Assembly: GCA_046484745.1 (NCBI GenBank)
Contig: JAWOIJ010000090.1
Coordinates: 42,877 to 106,876 of the forward strand
Direction: 5' to 3'
DNA length: 64,000 nt
Source of the DNA: Desulfobacterales bacterium
GTDB lineage: Bacteria > Desulfobacterota > Desulfobacteria > Desulfobacterales > SURF-7
Part shown: piece by piece, positions 1-7,984 of the stretch
Layout of the letters: each line of letters starts with the position of its first letter
Numbering within the stretch: the first letter of the stretch is position 1
Notes under the pieces: generated by a model
Seen by the model: only the letters and a program-made list of their open reading frames with translations
Database searches by the model: none
Told to the model about the DNA's origin: nothing
Translations under genes and position numbers: made by a program

Positions 1-1032
1 TCCATCGGCGGGAAAGTAATATTTATTCCATATAATCCTGCATTTATACAGAATCAAATGGTAACCGGCTATTCAACCTTTGAAAATAAAACAATTCCCG
101 ATGTGGTTATAACGGGCGGAATTACCGAATTCGACAGGGGGCTTGAAACAAGAGGAAGCAATGTCGATGTCGGTGCTGCTGCAGATTTTACAGGTGCTCC
201 CAAATGGGTGCCATCAACTACTGCCGGTGCCGAATACAGTGCGGGCGATAAAACCGGCCTGGCAAGTATCACGATTGACTTTAATATGATCGACTTCCAA
301 ACCATGTCGGGTGTTGCCAAGATGCAGACTGTGAATACCATTAAAGTTTCCAAAGCGGTAAGTGAGAAAGAACTCGGGATAACGCTGTTCGGCCCCACTT
401 TCGGGTTAAAAGGATCGATCAAGAAGGTTCAGGGGCGGCACGCGGCAGTGAGACTTCTTGTGCAACTCAGCATGCTTCAAGTGATAGGCAAGTATATGAT
501 GGTGCCATACTGGAATCTTTTGCCTGAAGCGGATCCGGACCCGGTAGTTGTGGAGTCATTGAAAAAATCATATTATGCCATGGATGAAGCAACTCGAATC
601 ATAAAACTTCAGGAGCTTCTTTTTATTCAGGGATATGATGTGACGATAAGCGGTGAAATGGATCAGGGAACGTTGGATGCCCTGCAGAATTTTAAGCCGG
701 GGGCAAAAACGATTGACAAGGATTTATACCTTGCTGTCTTTCAGGCGGTTCCCATTACAGACGAAGTGCTTGAAAGGCGCATTGCACTGAACAAGGCTTA
801 TGCTGAAATGTTAGATGAAGCAGATTCTGCTTCCGTAGAGCAGGATCTCCAACCACCGCCTGCGCAGCAGGCAATACCCAAGGAATCAGTTGAACCGTCT
901 AAGGGCGCACCGGAAGTTGCTGCGGCAGCTCCTGTTCAAAAGGAAGAAAAGAAGCCGTCGAAAGAGAAAAAAATGAGCGGATCCGTGCGAGAAGGATTGG
1001 GCGGCAGAATGTTAACGGATGATGAATGGTAG
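1..1032 (+). CDS. CsgG-like outer-membrane lipoprotein (C-terminal part) fused to a peptidoglycan-binding-like domain and a Pro/Glu/Lys-rich tail; 5' end lies outside the window
   Basis: Frame 1 is open from nt 1, with no stop before the ATG at 58, so the gene probably starts upstream. 'VVITGGITEFDRG...GAEYSAGDKTGLASITIDFNMIDFQT...GLKGSIKKVQGRHAAVRLLVQLSMLQVIG' follows the CsgG-family pattern. 'LQELLFIQGYDVTISGEMDQGTLDALQNFK' resembles a PG_binding_1 repeat. Confidence 0.55.
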   Translation, partial: SIGGKVIFIPYNPAFIQNQMVTGYSTFENKTIPDVVITGGITEFDRGLETRGSNVDVGAAADFTGAPKWVPSTTAGAEYSAGDKTGLASITIDFNMIDFQTMSGVAKMQTVNTIKVSKAVSEKELGITLFGPTFGLKGSIKKVQGRHAAVRLLVQLSMLQVIGKYMMVPYWNLLPEADPDPVVVESLKKSYYAMDEATRIIKLQELLFIQGYDVTISGEMDQGTLDALQNFKPGAKTIDKDLYLAVFQAVPITDEVLERRIALNKAYAEMLDEADSASVEQDLQPPPAQQAIPKESVEPSKGAPEVAAAAPVQKEEKKPSKEKKMSGSVREGLGGRMLTDDEW

Positions 1033-1429
1033 AAAAATGAAAGGGTATACATCGAAAATTCGGTTGCTTCTGTTTGCAGGATGTTTTCTTTTTTCCCTTT
1101 ATGCAGTATCCTGGGCCGGTAATAAGGCAATGGTAGAGCAGAGAACCAGGGAACTGGATGAGCTGAACAAACAGGCTGTTGAGCAAATTCCGGATCTGCC
1201 GCAAGATGGGACGGTTGAGCTCAAAGCAAACGTCAAACCCAGAGAGGGGAAGATTCAGTTTGATATCTACCATCAGAAAATTTACGATGAAAAAGAAAAA
1301 ATAGCAGAACTGGATAATGGCAGCAGCTCTGATCATGGGACGGTTCAAGAAGGAATTGTCGATATCAATAATAAAAAAGATACTTCAAAAGAAGGGGAGA
1401 AAATAGAAAATGATCCCGAAGATAATTAG
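1019..1429 (+). CDS. Small secreted protein or lipoprotein, unknown function
   Basis: It has an N-terminal signal peptide with a lipobox-like 'LLFAGC'. It overlaps the upstream stop by 14 nt; ATG 1037 is an alternative start. It shares an 'SW[AS]GNK' motif just after the signal peptide with the next ORF. The mature part is charged and coiled-coil-like. Confidence 0.4.
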   Translation: MMNGRKMKGYTSKIRLLLFAGCFLFSLYAVSWAGNKAMVEQRTRELDELNKQAVEQIPDLPQDGTVELKANVKPREGKIQFDIYHQKIYDEKEKIAELDNGSSSDHGTVQEGIVDINNKKDTSKEGEKIENDPEDN

Positions 1430-2186
1430 GAGTTTGATTGTTATTTCAGTGTGTATCGGTGTTATGGCGCCTTCCAGCTGGTCCGGGAACAAGAGGATAA
1501 TGACAATAAGGGCTGCCAAGGTTATGGCGGAAAGAGCTATCGTCGAATCTATTTATGGGTTGAAATTGAGGGCAACGGAAGAAGTAAAAGATATGATCCC
1601 TGCAAGTTTTGAAGGATCGACTGAAACCAAGACTCAGGCCGAGATCAAGGGAATTCAATATGATGATATCGTCTATGACCAGGAAAAAGATATTGCCAAA
1701 GTTACGGCATCAGTGTCACTGGATACAATAACCAATATCGACGGAAAGACGTTGGACCTTAAAAATAAGGTTTATAAGCGTGTAGGATTTGCCACGTCAA
1801 CACCGGAAATGGCCGGACCGATTAGAGCGCTTCGTGCGGCAGAGCTGGATGCCTATAAACAGCTTATCAAGCAGATCGTCGGTTTCACACTGGAAAGCCA
1901 GACCAAGGTTGAGAACTATATATTGAAATCAGACTTGGTCAAGACCAAGGTCCTTGCAACGCTCTACCTCGCAGAGCTTAAGGATTATGGTTGGGACAAG
2001 TATGGTGACGCCTATGTAAAAATGGTATTGAACGTAAGTGATATATCTGAAATTATCGGTGAAGGAATTGTTGGTGAAGCACAGATTGTTGAAGTGGAGG
2101 GGCAGGGGTCTCAAGAGGACGATTTTAAGGCAGCCCAGGAATCCGGCAAAAAGAAGGCGGCCCAGGAACCAGCTAAAAAGAAATAG
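1410..2186 (+). CDS. Secreted protein or lipoprotein with two LPP20-like repeats and a Lys/Ala/Gln-rich tail
   Basis: There is a signal peptide. Two repeats fit the pattern 'R-A-A-x-x-x-A-x-R-x-[IL]-x-E-x-[IV]-x-G': 'IRAAKVMAERAIVESIYGLKL' and 'IRALRAAELDAYKQLIKQIVGFTL'. It overlaps the previous ORF by 20 nt. Confidence 0.45.
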   Translation: MIPKIIRSLIVISVCIGVMAPSSWSGNKRIMTIRAAKVMAERAIVESIYGLKLRATEEVKDMIPASFEGSTETKTQAEIKGIQYDDIVYDQEKDIAKVTASVSLDTITNIDGKTLDLKNKVYKRVGFATSTPEMAGPIRALRAAELDAYKQLIKQIVGFTLESQTKVENYILKSDLVKTKVLATLYLAELKDYGWDKYGDAYVKMVLNVSDISEIIGEGIVGEAQIVEVEGQGSQEDDFKAAQESGKKKAAQEPAKKK

Positions 2187-2220
2187 CCCGGATAATCCGA
2201 AGAACATAAGATTTGATAGG

Positions 2221-2287
2221 CCACGGTTGTTATCGATCCCCAGGAGTTTTACACGGTGCGGTCAATACCAAGCCGTGGTTTTTTTTG
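2221..2287 (+). terminator. Possible intrinsic terminator after the lipoprotein operon
   Basis: 'CCACGGTTG...CAAGCCGTGG' forms an imperfect stem with a long interior, followed by T8 at about 2279-2286. Confidence 0.35.
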
Positions 2288-2386
2288 GTAAAAAAGGCTA
2301 TGGTGTCCGATTTGAAAGGACTTTGGACAAGCTCGTTTGATTTCCGAAAATATCGTGATCCGGGAAAGTTGACGGTTTGTAAAAAA

Positions 2387-2494
2387 TTAAAGATTTACTA
2401 AATTTTTTTTAAAAAAAACGACCGTAAGGGGCTTAAACGGAGAAAATGATTAAAAATGGATCGATTTTATTAAAAAACTTGAAGATTCACTAAA
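2387..2494. repeat. Two copies of a 16-nt direct repeat, TTRAAGATTYACTAAA, in an extremely AT-rich intergenic region
   Basis: 2387-2402 is 'ttaaagatttactaaa' and 2479-2494 is 'ttgaagattcactaaa' (14/16 identical, start-to-start 92 bp). Both copies are preceded by A6 and followed by A/T runs. Confidence 0.35.
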
Positions 2495-2798
2495 AAATTT
2501 TAAAGTGCAATTTTCGAATATAATATCTTATAATTATTGATTTTAATTGATATGGGGCTCTTTTTTTTTAAATAAGGGCATGATCAGGATGATTTTTATA
2601 TTTTTGAATTAAAAAACCTATTATTTTAATTATTTATCGATAAAATTTTAATTTTTCACTGGTTCGGTTGGAACAGGCTCATCTTGACATTTTTCAATTC
2701 TTATGATTTTTCACCCCTTTCAGCCCAAAGTTGGCTGATCGGTGCAATGAAATTTGAAGTTACTTGAGACACGTTCATAAACGTTAGAAAGGGAACTT

Positions 2799-3671
2799 AT
2801 GAGCTTTCGAAAAAGATTATCCTCGGATGAATTTGTGGTATTAGCTGAGATGGACACTCCAAAAGGGGTGGATATCTCCAATCTGGTAACCAACGCTCGC
2901 AGAATTAAAGGACGCGTTGATGCGGTCGTGATTCCTGACATGGACAATGGCGTCATGAGGATGAGTTCAATTGGCGGCGGCGTTCTGATGCATCAACAAG
3001 GAATGGAGGCGATTATCCATCTCTATTGTCGGGATCGTAACCGAATGGCGCTCCAGGGAGATATTCTTGCCGCTCATGTGCTTGGGATTCAAAATCTCAT
3101 TGTTGTTCACAGTGAAGAAATGGATAAGGGCGATCACCGTGATGCAAAACCGGTGAATGACCTTGATGAAGTCGCGCTTATCAAGGGGATCAAATCTCTG
3201 CAGGACGGCGTGGATATGGCAGGCTTCGAACTCAGCGGAAGCCCGAAAATGACCATTGGTTGTACCATAACACCCTATGCCGATGAAGAAGCACTGGAAA
3301 GAGAATTGGAACTCGCCCAGAAAAAAGTGGAAGCAGGAGCACAATTTATTATTTCTCCTTCTGTATTTGATATTGAGCATTTTATAGTTTTCATGGAAAA
3401 AGCCAAAGCACTGGGCGTTCCCATCATTCCGACTATTTTTCTGCTCAAGTCCGTTGGGATCGCGAGATACATGGCAACCTATGAACCCGGGGCTCATATT
3501 TCGGAGAATCTGATCAAGCGTATCCGAAAATCTCCGGATCGGGAATTGGAATGTATTCGAATCGCGGGTGAGACGATAGCGGAGCTGAAAAGTCTTGCCC
3601 AGGGAGTTAAAATTCAAACCCTGGGATGGGAGCATCGGTTGCCTGCTATCCTGGATCATGCAGGGATTTAA
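2799..3671 (+). CDS. Methylenetetrahydrofolate reductase family protein (MetF paralog 1)
   Basis: It has the MTHFR fold signature 'AVVIPDMDNGVMRMSSIGGGVLM...EAIIHLYCRDRNRMALQGDILAAHVLGIQNLIVV' and is alignable along its length to the second MetF at 7981. A purine-rich RBS precedes the ATG. Confidence 0.8.
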   Translation: MSFRKRLSSDEFVVLAEMDTPKGVDISNLVTNARRIKGRVDAVVIPDMDNGVMRMSSIGGGVLMHQQGMEAIIHLYCRDRNRMALQGDILAAHVLGIQNLIVVHSEEMDKGDHRDAKPVNDLDEVALIKGIKSLQDGVDMAGFELSGSPKMTIGCTITPYADEEALERELELAQKKVEAGAQFIISPSVFDIEHFIVFMEKAKALGVPIIPTIFLLKSVGIARYMATYEPGAHISENLIKRIRKSPDRELECIRIAGETIAELKSLAQGVKIQTLGWEHRLPAILDHAGI

Positions 3672-3802
3672 CGCGTTCTTAACCCCTTATTTTAGGAGAG
3701 ATGGATTGTTTTCGCGTTGAGAAGTGACAAGATTTTCACCAAGAGAATGCATCTCAAAGTTTTTTCGCAATTCAAATAAAAAAGCCGGATTGATAACAGG
3801 AA

Positions 3803-6800
3803 ATGGAAAATCAAAAACCAAATCAAAAAAATAATAAATTGCTCATCATTGGCGGCGGTGTCGGTGGTATCAGAGCCGCACTTGACCTGGCAGAAGCCGG
3901 CAGAGATGTTGTATTGATCGATCGTTCGGTATCCATCGGTGGTCTGATGACGCAGCTGGACCGAACTTTTCCAACCAACAATTGTGATTTATGCACATTG
4001 TCGCCCAATTTGTCGGAAAACGGCCGTCAGCATCATATCGAGTTGCTGACGATGACGGAGTTGACAAAACTGGAAGGAGAAGTCGGCAATTTTAAAGTTA
4101 CTCTCACAACACATCCCAGGTACATCGATTTGGAGAAATGTACGGCATGTGGAGATTGTTATGAACAATTCAAGGAGTGCGTTCGATTTCAGCCAGGACT
4201 GGATCATCGCGCACCTACCTGCATGCGTTATCCCCAGGCAACCCCCCAGGCATATTCCATTGATATGGATAAATGTAACAATATCGATGGCCTGCTTAAG
4301 GTTTGCAAGAGCGGTGCAATTGTTCCGGATGATACGGAGAGAATCAAGACAATTGAAGTCGGTGCGATTGTTCTTGCAACAGGAGCCGAGTTGTTTGATC
4401 CGTCTGTACTGGATAATTTCGGTGGGGGAACCTATCCGAATGTGATCACCGGTTTGGAATATGAGCGGATCATGTCTGCTTCCGGACCGACCTTAGGGAG
4501 TCTGGTCAGGCCGTCGGATGGCAAACAGCCCCAGAAGGTCGCCTGGATTCAATGTGTTGGTTCTCGGGGAATCAACAAAGCAGATGTTCCATATTGTTCC
4601 GGCGTTTGCTGCATGGTTGCACTGAAAGAGGCGATTGTCACAAAAGAACGGTTTCAGGACGATATTGATACGACAATTTTTTATATGGACATGAGGACTT
4701 CCGGAAAGGATTACGAGCGCTATCGGAATCGTGCGGAAAACGAATACAATGTGAAATTGATCCGGAGTCGCCCCCATACAATTACCGAGGATCCGGTTAC
4801 AAAGAATCTCTTAATTTCCTATGCATTGGAGGAAGGCAGCACAAATGTAACCGAAACCTATGACATGGTTGTCCTCTCCACGGGCTTCCGGCCTTCGGAT
4901 GAAATGACAGCATTGTCCAAAGAATTGGGAATAGAATTAAATTTTCATCGTTTTGCCCAGACATCAGGCTTCTCCCCGGTTGAAACCTCCAGACCGGGTA
5001 TATATGCATGTGGTATTTTTGAAAGTCCAAAAGATATTCCCGAAACCATGGTGCAGGCAAGTGCTGCCGCATGCATGGCATCAGGCAGTCTGGACAACTT
5101 AGGCAATATGCCCGTTCCTGAGGAGGAAGTCATTCCTGAAAAGGATGTAATGGATCAGGAACCCAAAATTGGTGTTTTTATTTGCGACTGCGGATTTAAC
5201 ATTGGTGGCGTGATTGATGTTGAGGAAATTGAAGCCTTTGCCAGAGTATTGCCAAATGTAGCGATATCCGAGGTGGTCGGCCATGGCTGCAGCCGTGAAT
5301 CAATGCTGAGGATACAATCAAGCGTTGAGAAACATAAACTGAACCGGGTTGTCATAGGCGGCTGCTCCCCGAGAACCCATGAAGCAAAGTTTCAGGATTT
5401 GATTCGCAGGGCAGGTTTGAACAAATATCTGCTGGAAATGGCGAATCTTCGGGATCAGAATACCTGGGTGCATAAACACAATCCGGATTTGGCAACGAAG
5501 AAAGCCAAAGATTTGATTCGAATGGCTGTTTTCAGTGTTGCGTTACGCCATCCCCTTACCGACCATCTGTTGCCCGTGAATAAAGATATCCTCGTGGTCG
5601 GTGGTGGGGTGAGCGGAATGAGTTCCGCATTGAGTCTTGCTGAACAGGGATTCAAGGTCTATCTGGTTGAACAGGCAGCGACTCTGGGAGGACTGTCCAA
5701 AAAAGTAAATCGAACGCTTACCGGAGATAATGTTCAGGAGTATCTGCAGGATCTGATTGAAAAGACAGTAAAACATGAACGCATTGAGGTTCTGACAGGA
5801 ACCACCATTGTAGACCACAAAGGCATGCCCGGCATGTTTACCACCGGTGTTCAGGTTGCTCCCCGAATGTATTACAGGCAGATTAAACACGGTGCGGTAA
5901 TAATCGCTACCGGTGCGGTGCCGAACCGTCCTGAAGAATACCTGCTCGATGAACATGAGGCGGTTATGACCCAGATGGAACTGGATTCGGTTCTTGAAAA
6001 TCATCCTGAAAGGGTTAATGCATGGGATTATATCGTGATGATTCAGTGCGTGGGTTCCCGGACTCCGGAAAACCCGAACTGTTCCCGAATCTGCTGCCAG
6101 ACAGCAATCAAGAATGCCTTGCGAATCAAGGAAAACCATCCGGAGTCCCAGATTTTTGTTCTCAATCGGGATATTCGAACATATGGGTTTCAGGAAGACT
6201 ACTATCGAAAAGCCAGGGAAAAAGGTGTGATCTTTGTTCGATATGAAGCAGACGCAAAACCGTTGGTGAAAGAGGATGGTAAAAAGGTCGCCGTGGCTTT
6301 CCGGGATCCAATTCTGGAACAGCAAATTGAAATTTCAGCCGACTGCCTGGTATTAAGCACCGGTTTAATTGCGGATGATGAAGCAACGGAAGATCTTGCC
6401 ATGATTTTTCATCTGAACCGGACGGATGATGGTTTCTTTCTTGAAAATCATGTCAAGTTGAGACCGGTTGATCTGAATGTGCCGGGGTTTATGGTAGCCG
6501 GAACCGCACACAGCCCTAAAGATATCCGTGAGAGCATTGCCCAGGCTCAAGCCGCAGCCGGTCGTGCCTTAACCTTTTTGGCAAAAGAGACGATCAACCT
6601 TGGCGCGGGTGTCGCGAAAGTAGACGGAAAAAAGTGTGCTGCCTGCCTGATATGTGTTCGTGCATGTCCATATGACATTCCATTTATAAATGCTGAAGGT
6701 TATTCAGAAATCGATCCAGCTCAGTGTCATGGATGCGGAGTTTGCGCTGCTGAGTGCCCTGCCAAGGCTATCCAGTTGATGCAGTACGAGGATGACATGA

Positions 6801-6841
6801 TCTCCGCCGAGCTGAATGGACTTTTAGAAAGGATATTGTAA
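3803..6841 (+). CDS. hdrA: HdrA-like FAD/FeS flavoprotein of 1012 aa, built from two HdrA-like modules
   Basis: There are two GxGxxG motifs (nt 3845-3868 and 5594-5617) and two 'QCVGSR...C..(V/I)CC' motifs (nt 4550-4567 and 6044-6061). An HdrA N-terminal Cys domain, 'IGVFICDCGFNIGG...GGCSPRTHE', sits mid-protein (nt 5165-5383). A C-terminal 2x[4Fe-4S] ferredoxin motif lies at nt 6635-6760. Confidence 0.85.
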   Translation: MENQKPNQKNNKLLIIGGGVGGIRAALDLAEAGRDVVLIDRSVSIGGLMTQLDRTFPTNNCDLCTLSPNLSENGRQHHIELLTMTELTKLEGEVGNFKVTLTTHPRYIDLEKCTACGDCYEQFKECVRFQPGLDHRAPTCMRYPQATPQAYSIDMDKCNNIDGLLKVCKSGAIVPDDTERIKTIEVGAIVLATGAELFDPSVLDNFGGGTYPNVITGLEYERIMSASGPTLGSLVRPSDGKQPQKVAWIQCVGSRGINKADVPYCSGVCCMVALKEAIVTKERFQDDIDTTIFYMDMRTSGKDYERYRNRAENEYNVKLIRSRPHTITEDPVTKNLLISYALEEGSTNVTETYDMVVLSTGFRPSDEMTALSKELGIELNFHRFAQTSGFSPVETSRPGIYACGIFESPKDIPETMVQASAAACMASGSLDNLGNMPVPEEEVIPEKDVMDQEPKIGVFICDCGFNIGGVIDVEEIEAFARVLPNVAISEVVGHGCSRESMLRIQSSVEKHKLNRVVIGGCSPRTHEAKFQDLIRRAGLNKYLLEMANLRDQNTWVHKHNPDLATKKAKDLIRMAVFSVALRHPLTDHLLPVNKDILVVGGGVSGMSSALSLAEQGFKVYLVEQAATLGGLSKKVNRTLTGDNVQEYLQDLIEKTVKHERIEVLTGTTIVDHKGMPGMFTTGVQVAPRMYYRQIKHGAVIIATGAVPNRPEEYLLDEHEAVMTQMELDSVLENHPERVNAWDYIVMIQCVGSRTPENPNCSRICCQTAIKNALRIKENHPESQIFVLNRDIRTYGFQEDYYRKAREKGVIFVRYEADAKPLVKEDGKKVAVAFRDPILEQQIEISADCLVLSTGLIADDEATEDLAMIFHLNRTDDGFFLENHVKLRPVDLNVPGFMVAGTAHSPKDIRESIAQAQAAAGRALTFLAKETINLGAGVAKVDGKKCAACLICVRACPYDIPFINAEGYSEIDPAQCHGCGVCAAECPAKAIQLMQYEDDMISAELNGLLERIL

Positions 6842-6845
6842 TATA

Positions 6846-7268
6846 ATGGGAAATTTTGAACCTGTTATCGTAGCTTTTTGTTGTCATTACTGTGCCTATA
6901 CTGCTGCTGATATGGCTGGCAGTATGAGGCTCAGTTATCCTCCAAACGTGAAAATCGTCAGGGTTCCCTGCACAGGGAAGGTAGATACAAAACATATTCT
7001 GCAAGCCTTTCAGCAAGGCGCTGACGGTGTGTACGTTGCCGGCTGTCTCGAAGGAGATTGCCATTTTAAAAATGGTAATATCAAGGCTGCCCGGCGAGTG
7101 GCGCTAGCAAAAAAACTTCTTGGTGAAATCGGTATTGAAGAAGAACGAGTTGAAATGATTACAATGTCAGCCGGAATGGGTGAACGTTTTGCTCAGACTG
7201 CCACTGATATAACAGAAAAAATTCGTAATATGGGACCCAACCCGGTTACAAACGTCCGGGTAGGTTAA
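6846..7268 (+). CDS. mvhD: MvhD/FlpD-like [2Fe-2S] electron-transfer protein
   Basis: 'VAFCCHYCAYTAADMAGSMRLSYPPNVKIVRVPCTGKVD...GADGVYVAGCLEGDCHF' is the typical MvhD signature. It starts 4 nt after the hdrA stop. Confidence 0.85.
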   Translation: MGNFEPVIVAFCCHYCAYTAADMAGSMRLSYPPNVKIVRVPCTGKVDTKHILQAFQQGADGVYVAGCLEGDCHFKNGNIKAARRVALAKKLLGEIGIEEERVEMITMSAGMGERFAQTATDITEKIRNMGPNPVTNVRVG

Positions 7269-7315
7269 ACGCAGCCAACTTGGCGTTAGGTGTCCAAAAA
7301 AGGAGAAGCAAGTAA

Positions 7316-7984
7316 ATGATTACAGCTGAACGAAAACCAATGAAAGAAATTTTGGAATACATCAATCCATACAGTCGTATTCTTCTCGTTGGTTGTAATG
7401 AATGTGTTACCGTGTGTGCCGCAGGCGGTCGAAAAGAAGTTGGATTGTTGTCTGCCGGTCTCCAGATGGCTTTCATGAAAGAAGGCAGAACATTGGAAGT
7501 GAAGGAGATAACACTTGAACGACAATGTGACCCTGAATATGTAGAAGAACTTGTCACGCAAATCGATCAGGCTGAAGCAGTTCTTTCCATGGCGTGCGGT
7601 TGCGGAGTCCAGGAAATTGCAAAGCGTTATTCAACAAAGCCTGTATTTCCCGCCGTGAATACGAAATTCATGGGGGCATCTGAGCGCCAGGGTGTATGGG
7701 CGGAAAGATGTCGAGGGTGTGGCGATTGCCTTCTCGGTTTAACCGGGGGGATTTGTCCCATTGCCCGTTGTTCCAAACGAATTATGAATGGGCCCTGCGG
7801 CGGCTCGACCAAAGGCAAATGTGAAATAAGCCCTGATGTTGACTGCGCCTGGAATCTTATTTGGGAAAGATTAAAGGCATTGGGTCTGGAAGGTAAATAT
7901 GAAGAGATAACAGAATCCAAGGACTGGCGACCTAGCTGGCATGGCGGACCCCGCAGGATTATAAGGGAGGACATGGCAGAATGA
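7316..7984 (+). CDS. metV: MetV-like protein (methylene-THF reductase C-terminal/zinc-ribbon domain protein)
   Basis: It has the Cys-rich motifs 'VGCNECVTVCAAGG', 'ACGCG' and 'CRGCGDCLLGLTGGICPIARCSKRIMNGPCGG'. An AAGGAG RBS lies upstream. Its stop overlaps the metF start (ATGA). Confidence 0.8.
   Translation: MITAERKPMKEILEYINPYSRILLVGCNECVTVCAAGGRKEVGLLSAGLQMAFMKEGRTLEVKEITLERQCDPEYVEELVTQIDQAEAVLSMACGCGVQEIAKRYSTKPVFPAVNTKFMGASERQGVWAERCRGCGDCLLGLTGGICPIARCSKRIMNGPCGGSTKGKCEISPDVDCAWNLIWERLKALGLEGKYEEITESKDWRPSWHGGPRRIIREDMAE

Noticed and set aside
5543-6325. Long antisense ORFs lie opposite real genes. Examples are 5543-6325 (260 aa, opposite hdrA), 2967-3659 (opposite metF'), 46453-47151 (opposite groEL), 43298-43954 (opposite hflC), 54895-55563 (opposite ruvB), and 33307-33906 and 33474-33884 (opposite mscS).
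   Set aside because: Their translations have no motifs and are Ser/Arg/Pro/Cys-skewed, which is typical of shadow frames. The opposite strand carries unambiguous conserved proteins.
3803-7268. I looked for in-frame TGA selenocysteine codons in hdrA and mvhD, since these are sometimes selenoproteins in Desulfobacterota.
   Set aside because: Both reading frames are continuous with Cys codons at the conserved positions. No in-frame TGA or split ORF was seen.
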